From: Podarcis filfolensis
Lineage: Eukaryota
Length of the DNA: 64,000 bases
Assembly: GCA_964270895.1 (NCBI GenBank)
Contig: OZ185453.1
Reading direction: 5' to 3' (one strand)
In this document: positions 24,138 through 37,060 of the stretch, piece after piece
How the letters are laid out: the number at the start of each line of letters is the position of its first letter
How positions within the stretch are numbered: position 1 is the stretch's first letter
Notes under the pieces: model-generated
Databases searched by the model: none
The model's input: only the letters and a program-made list of their open reading frames with translations
Told to the model about the DNA's origin: nothing
Position numbers and translations under genes: made by a program

Positions 24138-25496
24138 TTATATCCTGTCCCTCTGACTGGGTTGCCCCAGCCACTCTGGACAGCTTCCAACATATATAAA
24201 AACACAGTAAAGCATTAAAAATCTTCCCTATACAGGGCTGCCCGCAGATGTCTTCTAAAGGGCATTCAAATCAGAAACTGGGGTGGCTTTTGTAAATCTG
24301 AGACTGTCCCTGGAAAATAGGAACACTTGGTCTGCAGGTGGCCGAAAGGCCAAACTCCTAGTGGACTCTTACACTTTGTGAGCCATTCTGATGTGCTTTT
24401 GAAAAGCAATATGAAAAAAAAAAGGATCTGGAACATGTTTTAGTGTCTTTCCATCATCGCTCCTTCCCCACACAGCAGGAGATAGAGCTTCTGGGTCGAA
24501 TGTAGCCTGGCAAGCCCTGGCAGATGGAAATTAACTACTACCAGTCTACCAGCTTGGGGTTTTTTTGTTTTCGCTCTTGCTTTTTTAAAATTTATACTCA
24601 GGGAAATTGAACCATTTTCCTTGCTTCTTCTAGGGAGTCCCATGACACTGTCAGGAGTCAAGCGCAATTAATCACTTAATGAACTCAAGCAACATAAAAG
24701 GCAATACAGTCTTAGGTTGCTGAGGAATCGTTAGCGGATGCAACATTTGTATGCTAAAACCAAAAATATGAAATGGTTGTAATGGTATATTATCTCCAGC
24801 AGTCGAATTCTGAACTGATGATAGCTTTGGTTTTCTGTTCTTTTTTAATTCACAACTTGTTTTGGCCTCTACACAGCGAAGAGGGAGTTTTGCTTATAAT
24901 TGGAACAGAGAAATCTCTAAAAGATTCAGCCATTCCAATCAACGCTAAAAGCAACAGTTTAGAACACAGAGGGAAATAAAGTATTGTGATCCATCAAAAC
25001 TGTAGTGGGAATTAGTTGCATAGAATGAAGAAATATAGCATCTGGTTTAGATAAAAAAAACTTGTTGTTGGAAGAAAGGCCCTGAGAGGTCTTTAGTGAT
25101 TCCAAATAATTGAGATTATTTTTTTTTTGCCTTGTCTTAATTGAAGCCAATGCATCTTACTGCCCACAATAAAGGGTTGAAAGAATGAGCACATACAGTA
25201 AATACTACTTCAGTGTTTATAGAGTAATACTCTTCCTATGTGTGCCGCATAGACGATCTAGGATGCAGGCATAATTTATTGTCTCATTGTTACAGATGGA
25301 GGCTTAGATCTAGAAACAGTGGCTTGTTCACAGCTACTCTATGAGTTCAGAGCATGGGGAAGAGTTGAATCAGGGAGATTCTGCCCCAGAGGTGTCCCTA
25401 CCACGACACTATGGTTCCTCTTGAGGACCAAATTAAATGTGATGTACTTTGGAACCTGGCGCTCCTGTTTTCAAGCAACCGCTAATTTAATTTAAT

Positions 25497-26109
25497 TACT
25501 GCAATGCGTTATACGTAGGGCTGCCTCTGAAGATGGTTCGGAAACTTCAGCTAGTGCAGAATTCAATGGCCAGGTTGCTTCCAGAGCAAGACAGTTTGAG
25601 CATATTACACCGATCCTGGTCCGACTGCACTGGCTACCAATTTGTTTCCGGGTCCAAATCAAAGTGCTGGTTTTGATCTATAAAGCCTTAAACGGCTCAG
25701 GACTGCAATACCTCTAGGGCCACCTCTTCCCATATGAACCTACCTGGATCCTGAGATCACCTTCAGAGGCCCTCCTTCATGTGCCTCCTCAAGAGGCCAG
25801 GAGGGTGGCAACACGAGAAGGGGCCTTCTCTGCAGTGGCTCCCCATCTGTGGAATGCTCTCCCCAGGGAAGTTCGCCTGGCGCCTTCATTATACACCTTT
25901 AGGCGCCAGGCAAAAACGTTCCTTTTTAACAAGGCCTTTGCCTGACCTAATCTACATCCTATACCCTTTTAAAATATGTTTTTTTGGGTGGGGGGCTATT
26001 GGGTTGTAGTTTTTTATTTTTATTAGGTATTTTGTGGTTTTATATCTTGATTTTATTCTGTGAACTGCCCTGAGATCCCCCGGGTATAGGGCAGTACATA
26101 AATTCTAAT

Positions 26110-26156
<47 letters not shown>
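25497..26156 (+). mobile_element. L2 LINE 3' fragment with (AAT)n tail
   Basis: 25601 onward reads HITPILVRLHWLPICFRVQIKVLVLIYKALNGSG (L2 ORF2 C-terminal motif), followed by a 3' UTR and an AAT tail. Confidence 0.85.
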
Positions 26157-26852
26157 CAGGGGGATGGTGCTGAATGGTGTTTAGCAGAGAAATAAATTAG
26201 CTGCATTTATTGTTCTGCTCTTCCCAACATGTTCGGATGTGTAATCTTTTTCAAAAAGAAACATACAAGGTAGTTAAAGTGTTTGTGCTCTCCTCTACAA
26301 ATATTTATTATTTAGACCTAAAACAAACTTAGAAACTACTAAAAAAAAACCCTTCACAACCACATCTAACTCAAGCAGACCTGGAGATTGGAGGGGTGTG
26401 CTTAATCCTTTCCTCCTGTGCATTTTCCTTAATCTAAAATGATGCTCTTTTGAGGATGACATTAGCTCTGCGGGGGGCAAGGGGGGGCAGGAGGACAATT
26501 TAAATTGAGCATGAGAGGAAAGGGTTAAAAAGGTCTTTGTTCCAGCACTCTTTCTAGATCCAATTAGAAACCCCACATGGCTGCTGTGAGGTAAACAAAA
26601 CAAAAACTGAGAGAGATCCTGATGATGGATCTCCTGCAGGATGTCTAGTTTGACCTACAGTAGCAGGGAAATGTTTTTTGCCTTTGTATTTATTGTTTTG
26701 CTGTTCCTGTGTTTTATGGGTCATGTGGTTCATTTGCAAGCTCCCTTCCTGCCCTGTCTTGAAGTTTGAAATAAGATAGGAGAAAAGTGTGAGGATTTCT
26801 AGAAACAGGATTCCAAGGCCTGTGTCACGATTAGTAAGAAGCATAATAATAA

Positions 26853-26889
<37 letters not shown>

Positions 26890-28035
26890 TCACTTATACC
26901 CCGCCCATCTGGCTGGGTTTTCCCAGCCACTCTGGGCAGCTTCCAACAGGACATTAAAAATACATTAAAACGTCAGTCTTTTTTTTTTTAACTTCCCTAA
27001 ATAAACTTCTAACAATGCAACATTGCACTGCACTGCTTCTGGCAGTGCACATGGCAGTTCCCTTCTCATGTCTTGCAGGCAAGAAGCTTCCCCTTCCAGC
27101 AGAGAGGTGATGAGACTGGACACAACCTCTGTCACCTGTGGGGACTCATTGGTCCACCACCAGATGTTGCAGGTGGCCAACTCTCATCATCCTGGCCATG
27201 CTTGCTGGGGATGGTGGGCAGTTGAGCCCAGCAACCTCTGATGTGCCAAAGCAACTCTCCCCCTGCACACGCCTGACCTACATGCTCTCAATTGCCTACC
27301 CTGGGTGCAACGGCTTTGCATCTTGAAAGGCAGTGCCTTTGCGATGGGGAGGAGTTAGGACTTATTCCTTTTCTTATTGCATGCAGCGGCAGCTTTATTT
27401 TCCTTGCTTGCTTCTTGCAGGCTGATATACCTCTTTTTTTTTTTAATGCTCTTGTGGAACAGCATTGTAGAAGAGCATTAAAGCTCTGGCAAGGATGAGG
27501 TTTTTTTTCCAGGTGGCACCTGTCATCCATCACATACAACATCCCTGGCTTTCGTCCAGGTATCGTGGTCCAAATTCAATTTCCTGACACATTTTGCAGT
27601 CCTGCGGTGTACTTTCCAAAGAATGAATCAGAGCAGAATGGAAATTCATTAGGCACTCTAGTTACAGCGGAGCTGGAGGAGCGACTCGCCCACCGCATTA
27701 GCACAAGGGGGTGAACTCCTTGCTTCCCTACATTAGCTGCAAACGTTAAAAGTTAATACCTCCAGCCGTGCAGGCAGATGGGGAGAGGGCAAATGCAGGC
27801 AGGGCTTATCTGGATTAGAAACCTACGCCAGTTTTATGCCTGCGTAGCTCTTATGGCTTCCACCAAAAAAACTTGGGAAATGTAGTTTGGTTCAGGGTGC
27901 TGGGAATTGCTGCATTGTGAGGGGTAGACCACACTTCCCATAAAGCTTTAGATGTATGGTATCATGTTGCATTTAACATTGCTCTCAGGCTTGTGTTTCT
28001 TATGTAGGCGCTGCCTTTAACCCTTAAGATTAAGG

Positions 28036-28169
28036 CAGGCTTCCTCACTTGGCACTCCAGATGTTTTTGGACTACAACTCCCATGACCCTTAGCTAGCAG
28101 GACCAGTGGTCAGGGATGATGGGAATTGTAGCCTAAAAACATCTGGAGGGCTGAGGTTGAGGAAGCCTG
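28036..28169. mobile_element. hAT-type hairpin MITE
   Basis: TIRs caggcttcctca...tgaggaagcctg; same core; 8-bp flanks gattaagg/gattaagc. Confidence 0.78.
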
Positions 28170-28215
28170 GATTAAGCGGTCTAATTCCATGCAGGGGGCA
28201 AGGGGGAAATAATAG

Positions 28216-28218
<3 letters not shown>

Positions 28219-28262
<44 letters not shown>
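28219..28262. repeat. (AG)n microsatellite
   Basis: Seen directly. Confidence 0.95.
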
Positions 28263-28265
<3 letters not shown>

Positions 28266-30559
28266 GGAGGGATGCCACATTTGCTTTGGACTCCGACATC
28301 CCCTGCCATTTCCCTTGGTCTTCCAAGGGGTAGAGCAAATAATCTGAAGAGTTATGTGGTACCTCTTTCATTCTTCCCACCCTGTCAGATCTGTCCATTT
28401 GTATGCAGACATGTATGGTGTTATGACTAGCATATCTCAAGGGACAGCTGTTGTGAGGCTGTTGAATTATGAACAATGTGTGATTCTGGCCTCTTATCTC
28501 TCTGGGCTCCATCAATGCCAGACCAGCTTTTGCAGCATTGTGAGAGAAGAAAATCCATGAAAGAATTGAGGAACTGGCTGTGTTTGGGCACTGCTACAGT
28601 TTATTGTGAGAGGAACAAGCCTAGCCTCCTCATGGGGTTTTCACACTTGTCCTCCTCCCTCCTCAGGTGCAAGTAGTACTGCAAGTAGTAGTTGATGATT
28701 AATCTCAGCTTCCATGTCATTTGTTTGACATATCATGGTCAATCATACCCATGACTAAACAAATAACGCTTCGGTCTTCCTTCCCTGGGGGGGGGGGTGT
28801 CTGTATGAATCTGTATTTCATTCTGAATCCATGTTATGGGTTGTTGGACCGCAATGAAGATTACTATTATCATGGTTAATTTTAACTATGGTTTGTTTGA
28901 AACAAGCCAACTTCAAGCCATAGTTTACAAAGCTGGCTTATTTCACTGAACTGTGGTTAGAGCTAACCACAGTTTAGGGTTAGAACGTAATGTTCAATTG
29001 TGCTATATTGAAAGTGAAAGTGGCCAAACTCATTGTCATGATGCACTGGAGGGGGGGGTTGCCCAGGGGTGGCGCATACGTCCGCGCTGCCCAGGCACGG
29101 GATAGCTGCTCGGGTGCATGGAGTGGCGCATGTGCCCTGCAGCTGGGGGTGAAGCGAGCCGCCAAAGGCGGAAATTCGGCGCACCACCTGCCCGCGACTG
29201 CCAAATGTCCCCCCCTCCAGTGAAGACATCTGGGGTGGTCTGCCCCCACCGCACCCCCTTCCTCTGCCCCTGGGGTTGCCTCAGTCCTGGGGAGGCCAGT
29301 AGGCTCATTTCTCACAAGATAAACTATAGCTTATTGTGGTGTTCAAATTTAGCCAATGCAGAGTTCTGACCTCTCTAATAAGGTATTATCTTTTTATAGG
29401 TTTCTCTCTCCTTTGAGTATTGATATTAACATTGGGGCCACAATTCCATACACCTCAATTCTGTTTACCAGAGACAGCCTTTCTTTTCTGATCTCTCCTC
29501 CAGTTAACAGGCTTGGGGGTATATCTTTTCTAAAATGTTGTTAGTGTGCTCATATGGTTCTTCAGAATCCAGCTTCCTCCCCAGGGCCACAACAAATTGA
29601 ATTAAATCTATGAGTGGTGGTAGATAAATAGGGATAATTGGAGCAAAAAATTAATATATGCTGGTGCTGCTGAGTAAATCAATTCAGTGTACCAGAGGCA
29701 GAGATGAGCTTTCAGCAAAGTCCAGTGCTTCGAACAGTGATTTCTCTTGGACAAATAAGCACACTTCAAATACACAATAGTGGGTTTTTACTTTCATCTG
29801 TGGAATATTAGAGAATACTAAAGACTAGGCAGCCTGTTTTGTTTGTGTGGTGGAGGATATTTGCATATTTTATTTTATTTTACTGTAACTAATCACCTGA
29901 CTCTGGGGGTAAATGAGTTTTAAAGGAAAAGCGATTGGCTAGTTCCGCTGTGTGATCAGCTGCTAAAGTAAAAACCTTCAAAGCATTTCTGGCTGCATGT
30001 GTGTTTCTCCCATGTCCAACCTATGGATGTCCACAATTATGGCAATGAGTACCTGAAGCAGGGTGGGTGGGGTGAACCTCAGGTGTGGTTGGTCAGGTGT
30101 ACCTGCTACCGTTAGGCAAGGCTAGTGGGGCACCTCCTTTTTTGTCTCACTTTCTGCTGCCTCCATTTCCCCTTGTCTCATCCCCATAAAATGAAGACAG
30201 GGCCACAAGTTGTCAACCTAAAGGCAAGGGCGTGCACACAGAATACATTGATACATTGTCTATATTCTGTAATTAGTGGTATAACACAACCACTTAGGAA
30301 AAGACTAAAAGAGGATGCATCCCGTTAAACTCAGGAAGCGTGTAGGTATTTTGTTTCTCGCTTCTTCTTTTTAAAGTGTGTTAAATTGACAAATGTTTAA
30401 CAGCTATAGCTTTGCAATGCACGATACACTGCATATTCTTATGTCATTTACCCTGCTGTCAAGGCTGTAAAAATTCAACCAAGTTGCCAAGTGCTCTGGG
30501 AGCCCCCAAAGGCTAAGTAATTATTTGTTATCTTCTCCCTCCCCTCTTTTAATGCACAG

Positions 30560-30669
30560 CACAATATTTTGCAAGCATCATGGTCATTGTCGGCTTATCT
30601 GTGGTGGTGACGGTTCTCGTGCTTCAGTTCCATCATCACGACCCTCAAGCTGGGAAGATGCCCCAATGG
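30560..30669 (+). CDS. CHRNA8: nAChR alpha8, exon 9 (M3)
   Basis: Acceptor ctcttttaatgcacAG at 30558-30559; donor TGG|GTAAGT at 30670. The 110 bp encode (A)[36 protein letters not shown]. Phase matches exons 8 and 10. Confidence 0.93.
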
Positions 30670-31243
30670 GTAAGTGCAAACAGATGAATCTCAAAAACAT
30701 GCAGGCATAAATATATATAATTGTTTTGGAGGTGATAGAAAGAACAGAATATTTTAAAGAGAAGCTCACAATTCTGTCAAGGTGTCTCACATACGATATG
30801 CTCCCATTTGCTTTCGACTAAGCCTGCACAATTTGTGACCCATCCAGAGTGTGTAGGCTTCTCGAAAAGCATGGATGGCAACTTGGCCACTTGAGTCCCT
30901 GGCTTATATTTATTTGCTTATTTGTAAAAGTATACATATGCCTCCCACTTACAAACCATTACAATAGCTTAATAGTTAGCCGCTTTCTGATTTTAACATT
31001 TTTATAAGCTTTTGATTGTATGGTTTTATGTATCATGGTTGTAAACCACTCTTGTTATTATATTTTTATATACAGTAGTATATAATTTTTTTATATAAAT
31101 GAGACATTTTAAAACAACATCTTGCTGTATCTGTCTGTCTCAAGAGACAATGAAGTGCACCTCCAGTGGTGAAATCAAACTTCCTTGGGGCGCAACATGA
31201 CGCAATCATTAAAATGACTGGCTACTCAAGGGAAATAATAATA

Positions 31244-31485
31244 CAGTGGTACCTCAGGTTAAGTACTTAATTCGTTCCGGAGGTCTATTCTTAACCTGAA
31301 ACTGTTCTTAACCTGAAGCACCACTTTAGCTAATAGGGCCTCCTGCTGCTGCTGCGCCGCCGGAGCCCGATTTCTGTTCTCATCCTGAAGCAAAGTTCTT
31401 AACCTGAAGCACTATTTCTGGGTTAGCGGAGTCTGTAACTTGAAGCGTATGTAACCTGAAGCGTATGTAGCCCGATGTATCACTG
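31244..31485 (+). mobile_element. Tc1/mariner-type MITE (about 225-bp family)
   Basis: Same TIRs and body as 11154-11379; TA TSD; extra internal gtaacctgaagcgtat unit. Confidence 0.85.
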
Positions 31486-31947
31486 TAATAATAATCATAT
31501 TGTATACTGCCCTATACCCTTAGGTTGCAGAGCATAAAATTTAAACAATGGCATAGGCCCACTGACATAGCAAAGTCTCCAGAAATCAAAAGCGAGGATT
31601 CCTATTGAATCTCTCCTGTAGCTAACGCGTGGTTACCGTATTTTTCCCTCTATAACACGCAGATTTTTTCTCCTAAAAAGGAAGGGGAAATGTGTGTGCG
31701 TGTTATTGAGCGAATGTGTGGTCCCTGGAGCCGAAAAATCAGGCAAAAATCAAATCGCGCTTCACGGAGAAGGGAAATCTGAAAAGAGGAAGCTGCGGCT
31801 TTCCTGCATTCTGCCTCAGGGTCTTACTGCCCACCCGCCTCTGTTTCCTTGCTGTGTTTGCTGAAACGGAACAAAGAGCAGGGAAAGCCCCTCCCCTCCA
31901 GGCAAGCAGAGAGGAAAGCAGACTGTGTTCCTTCTATTTCCTCTCTG

Positions 31948-32081
31948 NNNNNNNNNNNNNNNNNNNNNNNNNNNNNNNNNNNNNNNNNNNNNNNNNNNNN
32001 NNNNNNNNNNNNNNNNNNNNNNNNNNNNNNNNNNNNNNNNNNNNNNNNNNNNNNNNNNNNNNNNNNNNNNNNNNNNNNNNN
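31948..32081. other. Assembly gap (134 N)
   Basis: Run of N inside the long DNA transposon in CHRNA8 intron 9. Confidence 0.99.
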
Positions 32082-32195
32082 ACGTTTGCCTTTCTTTTCT
32101 CCCTCCCGTTAAATCCCTCTCCTGCATTCTTAGCCAGCTGCTTCTCTGCACACCACCTCATGTCCCTTCTTTGTTTTTCCTTCGCTCTCCATTTA

Positions 32196-33037
32196 AAATG
32201 TGGTTACAAAGCATGGATCCTCAGGATCTTTGCATTGGGTCACCCCAAATTCACCATCAGATCACATAGCATGTCCATGGCTACAGCCTGCACCAAAAAA
32301 ACCACGCACCCACTGTTGCCTGGGGCTGCAATGGTGCAAAAATGTGGTTACAAAGCATGGATCCACAGGGATCCTCAGGATCTTTGCATTCGGTCACCCC
32401 AAATTCACCATCAGATCACATAGCATGTCCATGGCTACAGCCTGCACCAGAAAAATCACGCACCCACTGTTGCCTGGGGCTGCAATGGTGCAAAAACGTG
32501 GTTACAAAGCATGGATCCACAGGGATCCTCAGGATCTTTGCATTCGGTCACCCCAAATTCACCATCAGATCACATAGCATGTCCATGGCTACAGCCTGCA
32601 CCAGAAAAATCACGCACCCACTGTTGCCTGGGGCTGCAATGGTGCAAAAACGTGGTTACAAAGCATGGATCCACAGGAATTCTCAGGATTTTTGCATTGG
32701 GTCACCCCAAATTCACCATCAGATCACATAGCATGTCCATGGCTACAGCCTGCACCAAAAAAATCACGCACCCACTGTTGCCTGGGGCTGCAATGGTGCA
32801 AAAATGTGGTTACAAAGCATGGATCCACAGGGATCCTCAGGATCTTTGCATTCGGTCACCCCAAATTCACCATCAGATCACATAGCATGTCCATGGCTAC
32901 AGCCTGCACCAGAAAAATCACGCACCCACTGTTGCCTGGGGCTGCAATGGTGCAAAAACGTGGTTACAAAGCATGGATCCACAGGAATTCTCAGGATTTT
33001 TGCATTGGGTCACCCCAAATTCACCATCAGATCACAT
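32196..33037. repeat. 154-bp tandem (satellite-like) array, about 5.5 units
   Basis: The anchor tggttacaaagcatggatcc recurs at 32201, 32345, 32499, 32653, 32807 and 32961 (spacing 144, then 154 four times). Confidence 0.95.
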
Positions 33038-36000
33038 GTCTGTGGCCACAGCATGAAGCACAAAAATGATACATCCACTGTTTCATTCAGAATGTTTTTT
33101 CCCTTGTTTTCCTCCTCTAAAAACGATGTGCGTGTTATGGTCAGGTGCGTGTTATAGAGCGAAAAATACGGTAATTTCCCCAGCAGCTATCCCTATGTGT
33201 TTCAGCGGAAATAACATAGTTAGAAATTCTGTGCTTACAAGATTGTGGGGCCAGGCATTACCTTCCAAAAGCCTTGAGGATTGCATTGAGATTCTGGCAT
33301 TGCTGTCCTCGTGCAGTTCAGAATAGAGTGAATTTGGGATGGAATAGTAATTGGTACACGCAGGAGGCCTACATCATAAAGAGGATGTTCGCTTGTGGTC
33401 TGGAAGAGGTAGAAGGTAGACTCATCTCTGTAGCTGTGCAAAAGAACACCTTAACAGAATACTGAGAAGCTGCTTCTCTCATACAAACCAAGACGGCTGG
33501 AGGGACTGTTGCTCTTGTGATTCCCATCACATAGGCACTGTTGTTCTCTTGCTAGGCTTCTTGCAGGCCGTGTTACCTGTCTCTTTCACAGGCCTCCCTG
33601 TAGCTCTTTGCTAGGTAAGAAAGCCATCCTAACAGATTCCCCATCGATGGAGGAGTATGAATTCTCTTCCTGGAAATTTGATTCTCTACCACTCTCGTCT
33701 CAAAAGCTTCTCTCCCACTCATAAATAGTCTCTCCTACGGAGCTGAGAGCTGCCTTGATTTCATTTGTGTTTATAATGAATTGCATATTGTTCTGTGATT
33801 ATTTTTCACCTTGAAAAATAACCGATTTTAAGAGGGATGGAGGAGCTGCCTCAAGAACAGCACTAACCAACAAAATCCCACTGCTTAATTGAGTGGCACT
33901 CGAGGTTAACCAGCATAAATTTTACCTGCAATGAATTTTTGCAAGGACATTCCGCAGTTTGCCTTGATGTTGGCTATTTCGTTTTAGCTATTAGCAGCTA
34001 ATTAATTGCAGCAATTATGTACAGCTCTGTTAATTTGCATGTTGCCGGTTATATGGGTTGATTATAAAGTTCACTGCCCTGATCCAGCAAGAGAAAATAG
34101 GCATGCAAATAGTCGTGCAGGTGTATTATCTGGGGATCAAAAGTCCAATCTAGGGCTGGGATAATATTTTCTGAAATGGAGCTGGCCATCTGTTCAGCAG
34201 CAAGCAGGGGAATGGAATGAATCCCCCCTTTCCCACTTGCCCTGACTTTGAATTTAAATAATATTAACACCAATATTACAACAATGGCTGCCGGCAAAGG
34301 AGTGTAAATAGCATAGACACAACATACCGCGAGGCCAAGTATAGAGGAGTGCCTAAAAAGTTGTATGAATACATTGAATAATTGCATTTGCATTTGGTTA
34401 TGTTCCAAAAAGGCAAGGAAGAAATAAGTAAATTTAGAAATTATATTGAACACTGGAAACATTGTATTTCAACAGATATTATAATAAGAATGTTTTAGAG
34501 AGGAATACTGTCGTTTTGAATGGTCTTTCATGGTTCCTCTGCTTTTTAAAAATAATTTGAAAGAATAATTAAAAGGATACGTAATGTCAGAAATCCCAGT
34601 ATTGTTTCTAATTGGAATCCACTCAAGTTGCAAATCAAGCTTTAAGTTTGTTCAGGCTCTGTTCATTTTACAAATGGAACGTCTCAACTGGGTTGCCATT
34701 TTATCATCTACATGGTAAAGCATACATTTCTCTTGTGAAGCATACATTTTAAAATTGATTTTTTTAAAAAAATTGAAATAGTGAGGGCTGTGTTCACTGT
34801 AGCGCTAAGCAGATTGCTCTGTCAGCACAGGGATTTCTTCTTATGCAACTGAACCGTCTCCAACTCTCCTTCCCTTACACATGCCCTAAATCTATTCTGC
34901 GGGTCCCCCATTCCCACAGAACAGATTTTTTTTGGGGGGGGGGAGCAGGGAATCCCCTTGTGCTAATCCTTGTACTAGGATAAAAACATAGTTTGACTAG
35001 AACTCTCCTTCCTCAAATTCATTTCAGCACTCATTCACATATTGCAGTACAAAGGAAGTTAATTTTTTGTGTGCCTAACTAATCTCTAGGAACAATTTTT
35101 AATTTCAGTAGATTTTTATTTAACCTATGAGCTACATCTGTCCAGCTAAAATGAATGCTGTGCTAGTTTGTGCCCTTATTTATTATGGGAGGACTTGGTC
35201 AGCTGAGTTTTTATACGGGGCCAATTTTTTGATCCTTTTGAGATTTTGCGGCTTCCAAAAAGTTGAAGGCACAGAGAGATTCGGGGCTCATCCATGCTTG
35301 CCCTTGGCTCACAGCTTCCCCCTGGGGGAACCCATTTTTTAGTGCTGAATCAGAGCCAACGTCAACTGGGTTTTCTCTAGGTTGACGTTGGCTCTGATTT
35401 ATCACTAAAGAGCGGGTTTTCCCAGGGAAAGTGGCAGGGCAAGGGCAAAACCTTTCTTCCAGTGTCTAGAAAGCATGGGATAAGCAGAAAGCTACTTGGA
35501 GCCATTCTTTCTAGTGGTAAATCAGGTCCTGTCAAAGAGAGTCACTAGTCTTGGGACTTTAGGTCCATGAGAAAATCCACTTTCTAAGCTTATGGTGCCC
35601 CCCCTTCTCTTTTTAAGCCTGTAAAGTATGGATAACTTTTTAAATACAAACTACGGACAGCTTTTTAATTACATAAATATCATTTGGAAGAATCAGGGAC
35701 CTCATATTGTGCGGTTGCCCCAACAGTTGCTTCATCCCATATAATAAGTTCATTTCATGTGTCAGTTTATAATATTATGAAATTTTTTAACATTAAAAAT
35801 TCACCACCAGGGCCACATTAGTGCTTTTTCATGCTTGTTCAATAGGCTCCATTGATGTCTTGGGAGCTGAACGCTATGATGCAATCAAGAGCTGCAGGCA
35901 GGAATGCCAAGAGTTATTCCTGTTGGTATCTATTACATGTCACTGCAGGAGGCCCTGTGGGAATCTGAGCAATAGCTTCTAGATAGCCTTTGGTTGTAGA

Positions 36001-36430
36001 GTTCATTTCAAAGTCACAGATGTTCTCTGAAAGTTCAGGAGCTAAACAGTCTGTTTACAGAGTCTCATTTAAATTCGGAAGATAACTTTATTAGCTATTG
36101 TTGAACTTCCCAGTGAAGGACATCAGTGCTTAGTCCATGCTACCAGATGCATACCATCTGGGTTTCCTTCCTTGTATTCACCTTGCAAACATGGGACTGG
36201 AACCCTGCAGGGAAAAGCTGTTTTGAAGGAGAAAGTTTCACTGGGAGAGACCAAAAGTGAATCCAGTTCAGCATTCTGGTTCCAGAAGTTTGGGTACTTC
36301 TGCAAAGCTTACCAGTGAAACAGTAAGTCAACAAGGGCTTCCTCTCTTGTTTGTCCCCAGCATCTGGTGATCTGTCAGGGCTAATAGTGCTTTCCTCCGT
36401 GAATTTGGTTATGCTAGCCCAGTGCATGTA

Positions 36431-36672
36431 GTTGTCAAACCTCAGTTGTCAAATGTAATCTGTTCCGGAAGCCCATTCGGCTTCCAAAATGTTTGACAAC
36501 TGAGGCACGGCTTCTGATTGGCTGCAGGAGCTTCCTGCACTCAAGTGGAAGCCTTGTCAGACATTCAGCTTCCAAAAAATGTTAGAAAACTGGAACACTC
36601 ACTGCTGGGTTTTCAGCATTCGGGAGCCAAAATGTCCCAAAACAGGGGCATTTGGGAACTGAGGTTTGACTG
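36431..36672. mobile_element. Old MITE related to the 4955-5195 family
   Basis: Degenerate ends gtcaaacctcagtt...aactgaggtttgac; body similar in reverse orientation. Confidence 0.5.
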
Positions 36673-36851
36673 GACCTATTTCCCCTAACAACCAGTTGTA
36701 GGCACCCTGAGCCAAAGGTGGATCTAATCTAAATCTCCCTGTACTTCCAGTTAACTGCCCCTACCTGATAAGTTGGGGATCAGGTCACCCCCTCTTTTAT
36801 AGAGAATGTTTCATTGAGACCCTTCAAATACTTACAAGGCATTCACAAGTA

Positions 36852-37060
36852 CAGTGGTACCTCGGGTTAAGTACTTAATTCGTTCCGGAGGTCCGTTCTT
36901 AACCTGAAGCACCACTTTAGCTAATGGGGCCTCCCGCTGCCACCGCGCCGCCGGAGAACGATTTCTGTTCTCATCCTGAAGCAAAGTTCTTAACCCAAGG
37001 TACTATTTCTGGGTTAGCGGAGTCTGTAACCTGAAGCGTATGTAACCCGAGGTACCACTG
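36852..37060 (+). mobile_element. Tc1/mariner-type MITE (about 225-bp family)
   Basis: Same TIRs and body; TA TSD; lacks one ttcttaacctgaa unit. Confidence 0.85.

Larger units (their letters stand above)
31636..33171 (+). mobile_element. TA-flanked non-autonomous DNA transposon, long form carrying an internal 154-bp tandem array (spans a gap)
   Basis: TIRs ccgtatttttccctctataacac...gtgttatagagcgaaaaatacgg with TA at both ends; about 90 bp at each end is homologous to 9925-10184. Confidence 0.8.

Noticed and set aside
21697-32423. ORFs containing X runs at about 21.7-22.0 kb and 31.7-32.4 kb
   Set aside because: Artefacts of translating across the two 134-N assembly gaps.
32200-33157. Overlapping repetitive ORFs and possible CRISPR-like array
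   Set aside because: These come from translating a 154-bp tandem unit. There are no unique spacers and no cas genes, and the context is eukaryotic.
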